A DNA stretch of 37,715 nt from Toensbergia leucococca (taxonomy: Eukaryota): the NCBI GenBank assembly GCA_022813965.1, contig JALDZS010000212.1, forward strand, positions 1-37,715. The letters run 5' to 3'. Position numbers and translations under genes: made by a program. Shown in pieces: positions 24,246 to 35,438 of the stretch; position 1 is the stretch's first letter, and each line of letters begins with the position of its first letter. A model generated the notes under the pieces. It did not search any database. It saw nothing but the letters and a program-made list of their open reading frames with translations, and was not told the origin of the DNA.

Positions 24246-27192
24246 ATGGGATTATCGAAGCTTCGAACCCGATTGCAAATACTCAGAAGCTCAAGTACAG
24301 CACCATACCTGAAGACCTTCGTCCCTGAAGGGGCTCTTAGTCACTTTTTTCGGACTGACGAGGTGATTGATGCTCTCGGTGAAGAGGTCATCAACATTCC
24401 CACTCACAAGCGGGAGACCACTGCGGGAATCATATGTAACGAGGCTTCCAAGGTCTTTGCAATCTTATTGGAGCTGCACTGGGAGCAGTTTCTTCCTAGA
24501 TTTATCGAGAATGATATCTTAGACTCCAGGTTGCCTCTCGACGAGGCCACTCTCAAACATCTTATTCCCGAGGCAATGAAAGGATTTGCCTCCCTTCAAT
24601 ATGAATATCTTGCCTACCGTTTCCGAAGCGGTCAGTATCATAAAAAGTTATCAGAGCACCAGATCTTGCCATATGTCCATTCGGAGTATATAGGAGGAGG
24701 CGGCTTTTCCTCCGTCTACAAAGTTCGAGTACATTCTTCACACCAAAACTTTATTAATAAGTCCAGTCCTAATGTTTGTTGTGAGACTTTATCGAGAGGT
24801 CATCGGAGACTGACCAGGCAGTCAGGGTATAGACCTGATTCGGAAGGAGCTCAAGCCATCTCTTCAAAACGAGCAAGCAGAAGCCGAATTGCTATTCCTT
24901 CTTGGGAGCCTCAGGCACCCAAACATTGTGGAACTTCTAGCATCCTATACGCAGTTCAATATTTCGAACCTACTCTTTCACCCAGCAGACATGGATTTGC
25001 ATGACTTTTTACTGCAGCGTGACCGGCCAGCAGGCTTCGCAGAGACATTTTCCTTTCAAAGAGCAATGCACGGCCTGTCGGATGGCTTAAGTTACCTCCA
25101 CAACTTCCGGCCCAGACCTAGTTCTTCAAAGACAAGCTCGGGAGTCTCCATGCGTGGCTATCACCATGACATTAAGCCCAGAAACGTTCTAGTGCGTGGT
25201 GGAGACTTTCTCCTGGCGGACTTCGGTACCTCGAGGATGAAAGAACTAGATGATAACTCCCAGACACCATGGAAGAATACCACGTTTGAGTATGGCGCAC
25301 CAGAATGCAGGGATCCAGAATCACTCGCTGTAGGCGTCGTGGGACGGCCTCTGGATATCTGGTCCCTTGCATGTATCTTTACCGAGATTGTGACTTATGC
25401 TGAAAAGGGCTTCCAAGGTCTTGAGCATTTTCGCCAACGAAGATTGAGGAATCACATGTACGGTCAGGTGCGGTGTTTTCACGACGACGCACGTCTGGGT
25501 CAGATCATCCATGAACATCTCGATGATTTGGAGGAGAGAACGCCAGACTCGTCAATGCGGAAGGTCTTGGTCATCATATTTAAAATGTTCGCGACGAAGC
25601 CTGCCGACAGGATGGAAGCTGACGAGGTCGAAAAGAACCTCGCAGGCGCGGCTATCGAGGCGGTGCTGAATAGTTTACTTGAGAAGGTACAAAATATCAT
25701 AGATGCTGCCGGGGGATCTACCAATCAGAGTATCTATTCTACGAGGTTGAAAGTCGAAAAGAATCGGCTCCTGGCATGGGCGGGTGCTTTAGGCGTAAAA
25801 CATATTTTCAAAATCTCCAAACCATTTGACGAGCAGGTACTAGTCAGCTTCGTTGACTCATACAAGACTCTGCGAATGGCGATCAGTACTCTTGACAACG
25901 AAGTAGACTTCGATGACTTGGACAAAACTCACGATTTCGTTCTTTGTCAGCTGCAGCAGACCAACAATCATTTGGGCAAACGCCTCAGTCGAGAAAGCCG
26001 GATGTCGATCGACCAGATGTTCCGTATTATAACAGCAAACATGCACGAGATGCTACTATTGCAGGACGAAGACACGCTGGGGCTGCTATCATCTGCACAG
26101 TACGACGATGTAGGTACTCGAACAGCAATAAAGTATATGACTCTCTTGCTGGAAAAACAGGGCAAAGAAAGAGTCACCAATCACCGCATCGAGGCACCAT
26201 TGGTGAAGAAAAACGATGCTAGATTTGACGTGTTCGCAAGGCCTCAGATACAATTTTACAGCTACGGCTATCACCCTGGCGAGGAAAGAAAGGTGCTTGT
26301 GGAAACCATGCCTTACTGGCAGAGGCAGCATAAGTCGAGTAGTGAAGAGTTCCAGCCGGCTATTGAAGCAATGTTCTCTCGTGTACAAGATCTCGTGGAG
26401 ATTCTTCAGGTCAGACCCATGCCTCTTGAGCTTCGAATTCTTGATTGTCTAGGAAGTTTCCATGATCCTCAAAAAGCGGGCTTTAGCCTCGTCTATGGAT
26501 TTCCCTCGGAGGATACAGAGCCGATCCGACTGAACAAGCTTCTACGCCATCGCAAAACGCCTCAGATCTACCCTGACCTCAGTCAAAAACTTGTTCTCAC
26601 AAAGGCTCTCGTTGCTTGCATACAAAGCTTACATACTTTCGGATGGATCCACAAGACTATCTCATCTCTGAATGTTCTCCTTTTCCACAACCCCGTACAC
26701 GACCTTGCTGACCTGGACTTTGGGAAGCCTTACGTTATAGGCTTAGATCACAGCCGTCGAGACGGAAAAGGTGAATACAGTCAAGGCACACTCAAAAGCA
26801 CCAATCCAGGACCTGGTACGGAGTTTGTGAAGGCTTGCAGAGAGTACCTCCATCCGGACTATCGCCTTGGCTCACTCACCAACGATGCACTATCTTCATT
26901 TATAATGGCTTACGACTACTATGCTTTGGGCCTCTTGATGCTTGAGATAGGGACATGGACGTCCTTGAGCAATATCTACGAGTCGTCGCGACTGCAAAAC
27001 CATAGTCCTAGAGAGTTGCGGCAAGAATATATTAGGTACTGCGACGAGCACTTGGGAAAGGCAATGGGTCCAATATTTCAGCGTATAACGAAACAGTGCT
27101 TAAATTATGAGGCGGTGGATATTGATCAAGTATCAGCGCAGCTCCTGTTCCAGGCTGATGTGGTGGACCAGCTCAACCGATGCGTGTTTTAA
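24246..27192 (+). CDS. Ser/Thr protein kinase + HeLo-like helical domain + C-terminal degenerate kinase-like domain (964 aa, 2 exons)
   Basis: Exons 24246-24773 and 24826-27192 (intron GTTTGT...ACTGAC...CAG). Kinase 1 has GGGGFSSVYKV, LIRKEL, HHDIKPRN, ADFG, YGAPE, DIWSLACI. The middle has TRLKVEKNRLLAWAGALGV, resembling HeLo domains. The C-terminus has WIHKTISSLNVLLF, PYVIGLDHSR, YLHPDY, YDYYALGLLMLEIGTW. Confidence 0.85.
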
Positions 27193-27425
27193 ATTCCCAG
27201 AGGTAAGAAAACACGACAGCATCCTTGAATGGACTGTCCAACATCGTCATCGTCATCGCCATCGTTCACATAATTAATACCCAATCACTGGCACTTCTGG
27301 TAGATGTTGTCTTCCCATATCTCAGGAAATTGCGTACACCCCCAGGTCGTCCTAGATGTGTTCTCTTAGTGGCTCCATTACCTGACTAACAAATATTGTC
27401 TTGACCCTCACTGCGATAATCAACT

Positions 27426-27821
27426 CTAAGCTCCCTGGCTCTGGTTATTTGTAGAAACCCTCAGCTCTTCATCCTGCGAGGGTTCTCAGCCCGATGATTC
27501 TCTAATACACTTATTCGCCCTTTTCTTTCGGGACATTTATTATAACATACTCTTGTAAGTTCCCGAGGAACCGAGAGGGTGTACGAATCATCGACATGCT
27601 GTTCCTCGCCGCAGTGGAGTCAGCTATGGTTCCCATGCTATAGGACGAAGATGGAGCCACCCAGCAAATCCAAATGGAGGAAGAAGAGCAAAAGGGAGAG
27701 AAGACAAGGAGAAACGTACATTCATCTGGAAGTTCCCTGTTCCAAAAAGCCGCTTCAGAAGCACGAGAAGCTTTTCGCCGTCAATGTAGCGTGCATCTAG
27801 TGTCTGCACGACATTTGGCAT
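27426..27821 (-). CDS. 65-aa microprotein of unknown function (3 exons)
   Basis: Exons 27821-27720, 27598-27551, 27473-27426. Both introns are canonical and phase 0 (GTACGT..GCTGAC..CAG; GTATGT..GCTGAG..CAG). Product: MPNVVQTLDARYIDGEKLLVLLKRLFGTGNFQMNHVDDSYTLSVPRELTRDEELRVSTNNQSQGA. Confidence 0.78.
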
Positions 27822-28287
27822 AGCGAACGTCACAGGAAGGGTCCCAGGCGATATGATTCTGTGCCTGAAGTGACAATAAGTACGACAATAGGGGTACGGA
27901 AATTCTCCCTTGATGAGATACAGAATCATAGGTTTGATACTGGACAATGCTCTTGGAACCTAGGAAAACTTACCCCTCCTCAGGTATATTCTACAAAAGT
28001 ACGGATATCTACATGAACCCTACATTACTCAGCGGTCACTGTATGCAGCTAGCTCGATTTGATTCGGGTACGGCCGAGGGGCTGAAATTGTAGGCAACCT
28101 TTGCTGCCTTGTCAGATTTCCTTCCAGAATCAGAAGTGTTTGGAGTCTTTCAAATATGTATTAAAGAGCTGCTCATATCCATTCCTAAGAAGCCACTGGA
28201 CAGAGGTGTTCGGTCAAGCGAAAACGTCTCACCAGTGCCCGTTTGTCTGCTGGTAGATGTTTAGTTCCATCGCGTTGCTGACACGAG
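27822..28287. promoter_or_regulatory. Candidate bidirectional promoter between the microprotein and kinase-TPR genes
   Basis: 466 bp between two divergent ATGs. Positional inference only; no specific binding site identified. Confidence 0.45.
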
Positions 28288-31276
28288 ATGGCCTACATTC
28301 CCAGCACATCCACATTTTTGTCGCAGGATCAGAGTTCTAGTACAGAACTGTTCTCACGCACACCTGACAGGCTCATCCACCCAGACCTCATAACGTTCTT
28401 AGCTGTTGTACAGCATCGAGCAGTAGACTTCGTACCACTGATATGGCAGGAAGGCCTCGGTTTGATCGGTCGAGGAGGCACAGCTCGTATCGGCCAAACT
28501 CATGTAAATTCTGGTACCGATTTCGCTTTTAAGAGGGCAGTCCAAGACAAACACTTCAATTCTAACGAAGACGATACCCGAATTTACGAGATCTTTATTT
28601 CAGAGATCGTGTTCCTCACTAACCCTGCTACTCGAGGTCATCCCAACATCGCAGACCTGGTAGGATTCTGCTGGGAGATCACGGATGACAACAAGGTATA
28701 TCCTGTCATTGTTACGGAGAAGGCTAAGAATGATCTGAGACTGTGGGCTGCATCGTTCATATCAAGCCATGTTTCTTTTCACGATAGGCTTGGTATGTGT
28801 AACGATATTGCGAATGCTCTGCAAGCAATGCATAGCAATAGTGAGTGAATATGAGCCCAACCAAAGAGAAGCTATCACTGACAGATTATCGATCATGAAC
28901 AGACATTGTACATAGCGATCTCAAACCTGAAAATATACTAGTGTTTACCGATGATGACAACAAATTGTTGACTACCAAGCTCACAGACTTTGGCTACTCG
29001 TCTTTCGGCTATACAGAATGGGACATTGTCCATCCATCTTACTCGGAGATCTGGAGTGCTCCTGAGTGTCATGATAGAGGGATGGAGCTACATGCGGCTA
29101 AGAAGAACGATATCTACGCATTTGGACTCGTAGCTATATATGTATTGTTCATGGAATGCACTAGTAAAGATGGATTGGGGCTGGAAGTTATGGAGAACGC
29201 AGTTTGGGACTTCTATTTACGGCAAGAAACACCAGATCAACCCAATTTGCCAGAGTGGATTGGGTTGATGAAATCGACAGGGAGGCTTATGGATAGAACT
29301 ATAAAGATGGTATCAGACAAAGTTCCGCAAGAAGCTCAGAAGGTCGCACTCCAAGACTTCTTTCGTTCCACACTCTCTGTTCGACCCGAGGAGCGAGAGT
29401 CTAGCATTGATGTCTTGATTCGCTTGCTGGATACCGCCAAGTATGCCGATGTTCTGAAAACTGCTGGGTATTTGTTTTAATCATAGTCAGGAACAATACG
29501 AGCGACATTTGCAAAACTTTTCCCAAGAATTTAGGAACTCGATGGGAGGAATTATCTCACTTGGATTTCAAAGTCGGTGTCTCTGCAAAAGCTTCTTCAT
29601 GATAGCTTGAGGTAGGAAGTAATATTTGATTCCAGGTCTCTGCATCAATACTCGACCTGACTGAGGCTCCGTACAACGTGAGAAAAGAGGTATATCTTGC
29701 GTTGGAGCAACGGGCCTCTGCCTCTACTCAAGAGTGCCAATTTACATGCGAGAGTTGTTCGTCTCAGGCTGCTTTTGAATTAGCACTTTGTTACAAGATC
29801 GGATTTGGTACTCCAGCAGATTCAGAGAGATCAAAACACTTCTTGTCAATCAGCACAAAGGAAATTTCCGACATTCAAGACGACCTTCAGCTACTGATGG
29901 AGGCGAGACCAAAGCCTATTGATGATCGAAGCCCTCTAGCTAAACTTTCTGAGGAAGGCTCTCTGTACCTCTCCGATGATATCGCTAGCGTTCTCAATAA
30001 TTGGAAAGGATCCGACCCAGGGGTGAATCTGTTGAGAGAGATTTCTGATTTGGATAACGTCCTCGGAGATATCAATGCCGTAACCTATACACTCAAAATG
30101 ACTTTGGTCACAATATATGAGCAGCAAGGTAAATTTCAGTTGGCAGAAAGTGTGTGCCGGATAGCGCTCCATTCAATTTCCCAGCTGGTAGGCGATCGCC
30201 ACATTCTCACTTTAGAATGTACAGATCGCCTTGCATGTATTTTAAGGGAAAACAGAAGAAACTCGGAAGCCGAGTGCCTCCAACAGTCTGCTATCGGACT
30301 GATGACCGATCTCGTGGGGAAAGATCACATACGCACGAAAAGGCTACTGCACAGTTTTTGTGATACATTAGAACTCGAAGGAAGATTTCAAGAGACCGCA
30401 CACCTTCGCGAGGATATTTTCAATACCCTATGTTGCATTCTAGGAGCAAAGCATCCAGAAGCGATTGCTGCCATGGACAAGTGGGGGCTTGCACAGCGAT
30501 ACGCTGGCAACTTCAAGTTTGCGGCTACTTTGCATCATCTCGCCTTCCAGTACGCGGAGGAGGATCTAGGCCCAAAGCACCCATTGACCTTGATTTGCAT
30601 GGTGAACTACGCCGAAATCCTGAAAGAACAAAAGGAGTATGAGAAAGCTGAGACTTGGCATCAGCGTGCCATAGAGGGATTCGAGACCGTGTGTGGAGTA
30701 CATCACCGGAAAACTGCGGTCGCACAACACAGTTTCGGAATGACTCTCGAGATTCAATCCAAGTGGCTTGAGGCATTGGCTATGTACCATATGGCGCTCA
30801 AGACAAGGATAATGGTTCTAGGCAAGGATCACGTTGATACTGCGACGAGTCACAAAGCCTGGGAGCTTGCTCTTTGCCAACACAGCAAATTACTAGCTGA
30901 GATGCAACAGCTCGAGAACACTTTGTCCATGAACCAGAGGCTTATGGAAACATCCGAGATTGAGACTGATGGAAACATCCGAGAACGAGCAGTAACGATA
31001 GAGCGCAACGTCAAAACGCTCGGTGAAATAGAGCGAGACTTCAAAACCCTCGCAAAGAAAGGACACTATGCGACACATTTAAATGTATACTTTCAGTCCT
31101 TAGCGAATAGAGATGGAACTTCAGGGGGCGAGCAACATGATACGAGGTTCACCACGAAGATCATGCAGGCACTGAGACCCTCTCACGGTTCCAAAAGCGG
31201 ACACGACGTCGAAAGGAAGAGTACCTCGCCTGCAAAGTTCAAAGGAAGCACACATTCTCACGTAGAGGGAAGCTAG
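28288..31276 (+). CDS. Protein kinase + SEL1-like motif + kinesin-light-chain-type TPR repeats (937 aa, 4 exons)
   Basis: Exons 28288-28840, 28903-29440, 29491-29572, 29636-31276 total 2814 nt in frame. Kinase motifs GRGGTARI, FAFKR, HSDLKPENIL, TDFG, WSAPE, DIYAFGL. AAFELALCYKIGFG is SEL1-like. ~42-aa repeats carry VGDRHILT, VGKDHIRT, LGAKHPEA, LGPKHPLT, CGVHHRKT, LGKDHVDT. Confidence 0.87.
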
Positions 31277-33109
31277 CTGCGACGTCTTACACCTTCAAAG
31301 AGATGAAATCCTTCGGACCGACGAGCCCAAGCGGCAACGCATCCCAGTGTCACAGCTGTTAACGCCAAGCTTGCGAGAAAATATATCCACAACGCTCCTC
31401 GGACAACCATTGGCCCGTGCTGCGGAACATTGACAAGATTGGTGGAGAATATTGCCTTTATGCGACGACGAGGTTAGTGAAGTTTGTCAAAACAAGAGAG
31501 GCTGATGAATGGATTCATCGCGATGCGACTGACCGCTAGAAGGCTCCCTGGGAGATATGCCATTGCCATGAAGGTAAGGATGCGCATGTATCGGGAGTCA
31601 TGGCGTGTCTTTTCTGTGAGATGCCTCAGGCCCTCCCCCTGCAAGCTGGATGTCATCGCCAGAGACCGGAGCTCTTCAACGTGGGCGTTCAATGTGTCGA
31701 CTCTCCGGTAATCAAGGAGCTTGACAAGATGAGATAAAATGTCAGAAGAGTGGCAGATTCTTTCTGCGACTCGTAACATTTACCAACTGAGACGTAGCTT
31801 TTGCTTGCTTTAGCAAAGCTGTCGCTGTTCGTCTGAAGCCTTTCACCCTTCGGAGATCAAGTCTCACGCGAGTGAGTAACTCTCTGTCTTGCTGTGCAAA
31901 CCCTTTTTTGATTCGTCTCAACTCGGCACAATGTATCTTGGCTGCTTCTCCAACGTCGACGTCTGAGTCGAGTATGTTCTGGACAAGTCTCAGATTCTCA
32001 CACAATTTCGCGAGGCGTTGACTGTCTGCGAAGTTTGCATCATAATCTATTCCTCCAATCTTGAGCGAAGAGTGCGTTGCCTTCTGGGCCTAGCAGGCGG
32101 TCACAGTTTGCGAGAGGACTCAACGTGAGAACGCTACTTACAATTGATTGTATAGCCTGCCTGACATCGTTGAGATACCATCTCCAATTGCGCAGACTCA
32201 GGTGAAGGAACAAAGGGTGTAAATTCATCGGATGTACTGCATCGACTAAGCGTTCTTTCATTGCGGCCTTGCACTCTTGATGAGGCTGTATGATCGCCCA
32301 GGTGGATTTTTTAATCTTGGCATCAAATTTCTGATACACGAACATCTGTCGCAAAGACCAAGGCCATTTTAGACCTAGTCTTTCGTGCTTCTCGAAACAG
32401 CGAAGAATGTAGCAGAACTCTAATCTTCATTCAGCCCAGTCAGACATGCATAGAAGCTCTACTGAGGATTTACCGTAGCATTGGCCACCAGGACTTGCTT
32501 CGGGATCGTGTGGAGAATTCGACAGAGTATAATGGCAGATATTGAAGAAAGGATCATCCTCGCCACTGACTTTGCTACCAAACGCGTGAATAGCGTCGAG
32601 AAAGACCGATGAAACGGCATGCGCGGTCAACAATCTTCGCAGGGTGTCCTTTGAAATTCGTAAAAACCCCCAAGACGAGGGTTGGTGGAGAAAACCAAAG
32701 AATTGTTAGCCTGCGATGGTTTAAAACACCAAGGTGCGCTTCGGGTGAAGGTCATTTGCTTACTATACGAGGGATTTTGAGCTATCGTCCCTTCTCTCGA
32801 GATCATGCTGGACGCATCGTCAGCTGCGACGGACAAAACGGAATATGACTATTCACCCAATTTAATTTTCTCTCACAGAGTCCTCCATGTTTTTCTACTG
32901 ATACGTTAGCATTCAGAGATGTCTGCAAGGAACTCCTCAATACCGGCCGTGGATGACTCGTAAGCCCACACCTCCACGTCATCATGATCAGAAAAGATGC
33001 GGCTTTCTGCCGAGTCCAGCAATCGATTGTTACTCTTATCAACATCATAGAAGGAGCTTGGCAAACAAAGTGTGCAGGACTCCTGTTCATGAACCTGTGT
33101 TGTGGTCAT
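31273..33109 (-). CDS. Fungal CorA-like protein with two C-terminal TM helices (~474 aa, 8 exons); one splice acceptor appears mutated, so possibly a pseudogene
   Basis: Exons 33109-32944, 32897-32857, 32807-32764, 32694-32474, 32419-32142, 32089-31784, 31719-31534, 31455-31273 total 1425 nt in frame. Motifs SSWGFLRIS, VFLDAIHAFGSK, FCYILRCFEKH, PWSLRQMFVYQKF, NWRWYL, DSRYMRILTFMAMAYLPGSLLAAIFST, WIYFLASLALTAVTL. Intron 3 ends in TGG, not YAG. The 5' exons are the least certain. Confidence 0.75.
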
Positions 33110-33289
33110 TGCTACTTTCGGAGGACACGATCGGATGTTATTTCTGATTGAAAGCCAGCTCGTCCGTTCCCAGATTGAAAACGCAGGAGATAGTACAAGG
33201 CTATCTTGAAGTTGCCCCTCATGTGAGTCCCATTGGAGCCTTCGCCGAACTCATGCCTCGGTAGAGATACAAAACACTAAGATAAACGC

Positions 33290-33880
33290 AAGCAGCTTAA
33301 TGGCTTCTGTTCTCTAACTTATCATCTCTACTTACAATTTCTACCTAAATTAAGTAGTATAACTATCTGAGAAATAGTCTGTACGATACCATTGATTTGT
33401 GAATAACTACTGAGTAATAAGGTATAATTTGATTTGGTCTTTAGATGATGAGCAGGCTACAAGAAGTCTTGTATATTGATAAAAATAGTAGACAGTACAG
33501 AAGGATTGATGTATGCTGTTCACATTCAGTGTTATACTATACTTTTAAAAGGGAAAATTCTAAGAGTCTCTTCTTTGATTTTATTGCATCTCTCTCAATT
33601 TTCTTTTTTATTTATAAATATGTATACAAGGTCTTAGCATTTTATCAAGAGTCACTGATATGTTTTGATACAATGATTGCAATGACTTCAATGTTTCTCT
33701 TTTCATTTTAAATTGCAGTTTTTACTCTTTCTTGACTTGCTTTTAAGTCTGCTTGTTTCTTGCTTGTATTCATTGATATGTTAGATGTTGAGAAACAGAG
33801 TCTCTCTGACACAACGCTCCTGACATACTCTGAACCACCGAGCACCATGATCAGCAGCTCATGCATGAAGGCTGATTCAT
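33290..33880. other. AT-rich degenerate segment, possible RIP-like mutated relic
   Basis: Visibly AT-rich with very few CpG. The minus-strand frame continuing the 33947-33708 ORF is broken by repeated TAA/TAG/TGA stops. No recognisable transposon protein. Confidence 0.4.
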
Positions 33881-34167
33881 CATCTGATTTATGCCGCACA
33901 ATCGGGAAGCGGCTCTCAAATCTCACGCGGGCCCGATAGCATGCCATGCCCGATTTGCCGAGAAAGGGGGAACAGGAGTGGTATTCATCATGGACATTCT
34001 TTGTAAAGTAACCATTGAATCACTTCATGCAGCAATCAGAAATATATATTCTGTCTGGCCTCAGCTTTCATATCATTCCTCGTCCAAATCCTAATCATCA
34101 TTCTACCAAGCGGATAAGCTGATTTACTTCAAGCCTTCCTCATTTATAGCTCCTTTTTTTTCCCAAA

Positions 34168-35438
34168 ATGCCTCACACTTTTGTCACTGGCACCAATGGC
34201 TTTGTGGCCGTTCATGTCATTGCAGCTCTCATCTCTGCGAACCATCATGTCACCGGCTCGGTCCGCTCCCTCGACAAAGGCACCGACCTTCTCGCCCTCC
34301 ACCCCGAATGGAAAGGAAAATCGGACTTTGTGGCCGTGTCCGACTACACGAAAGAGGGAGTATGGGACGAGGCGTTTGAGAAGGGCGAATTCGATTATGT
34401 TGTTCATGTTGCCGCCCCACTGCCTGATCCGAAGAACACCGACTTTGTAACGCAATATCTGGATCCGGGCGTGAAAGGGTATGCTCTGCTGTTGGTAAAA
34501 GAATGACAGGGATGAAAGCTGAATAGAAAAGAAGAATAATTGCGAGCTAATACTAAAGTGCAATTTAGCAATGTCGAGCTCCTAAAATCTGCAAGCAAAT
34601 ACGGCGGTGCGAAGCTTAAAGCAATCTCAATAACAGGCACCATCAACGCCATCACAACCGGCGATCCCACCGACCTCGAGTCCCGAGAGATCACAAATGC
34701 GGATTGGAACTCGGTATTGCCCGATCCCCTCCTAACCCATTCCTCCACCCTAGTTCCTCTCCAATAAGTTCTAAAACCCGTCTTCTCAACAGATAACCAT
34801 CGAGGATGCTGCCTCTGCTCAAAATCCCTTCATCTCTTACTGCGCCGCCAAGAAGTTCTCCGAACTTGCCACCTGGGACTATGTCAAGGAACATAGTCCA
34901 CCCTACAGTGTCACAGTCCTCCTCCCGCCTCTCATCTTCGGGCCCCCAATCCAAGTGGTTACAAACATGAAGAACATCAATCACAGCAGCAGTGTGTTTT
35001 ACTCGCTATGGAACGGATCGTATGAAAAAGTACCACCTACCACATTTCCGGCCTATGTACGTTAGTAGCTATGCTTTTCAATTAGACAACCTTAGCTCTA
35101 TAGCCAAGGAGTACGGTACTAAGTCCAAGCCTCAGATCGACGTTCGTGACCTCGCAGACGCAAATCTCCTCACCCTCACCACGCCCGCGGGACGCAATGC
35201 CCGCTTCCTCATTGGCGGTCATCCGATCTCATACCAACAAATCGTAGACACATTGAAGAGCATCCCCTCGCTAAAATCTCGTCTCGCAAAAGATAGCGGC
35301 GAGACGCCTGTCTTTGCACGCATTGACGCCGCAGAGGGCGATCGGGCTCTGGGGATGAAGTACAGAACACGAGAAGAAACGTTCGGAGATGCGGCGAGGC
35401 GGATTTTGGAGCTGGAGAAAGAGCTAGGTGGGAGTTGA
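34168..35438 (+). CDS. NAD(P)-dependent epimerase/dehydratase family reductase (Gre2/aldehyde reductase II-like extended SDR, 340 aa, 4 exons)
   Basis: Exons 34168-34478, 34569-34713, 34793-35056, 35136-35438. Motifs FVTGTNGFVA (Rossmann), YVVHVAAP, YCAAK (YxxxK), LPPLIFGP, YIDVRDLA. Confidence 0.92.

Noticed and set aside
31720..31745. Possible second broken acceptor in the CorA-like gene (CAT 9 nt upstream of the AAG used)
   Set aside because: An in-frame AAG acceptor exists at an acceptable distance from the CTGAC branch site, so no lesion needs to be invoked.
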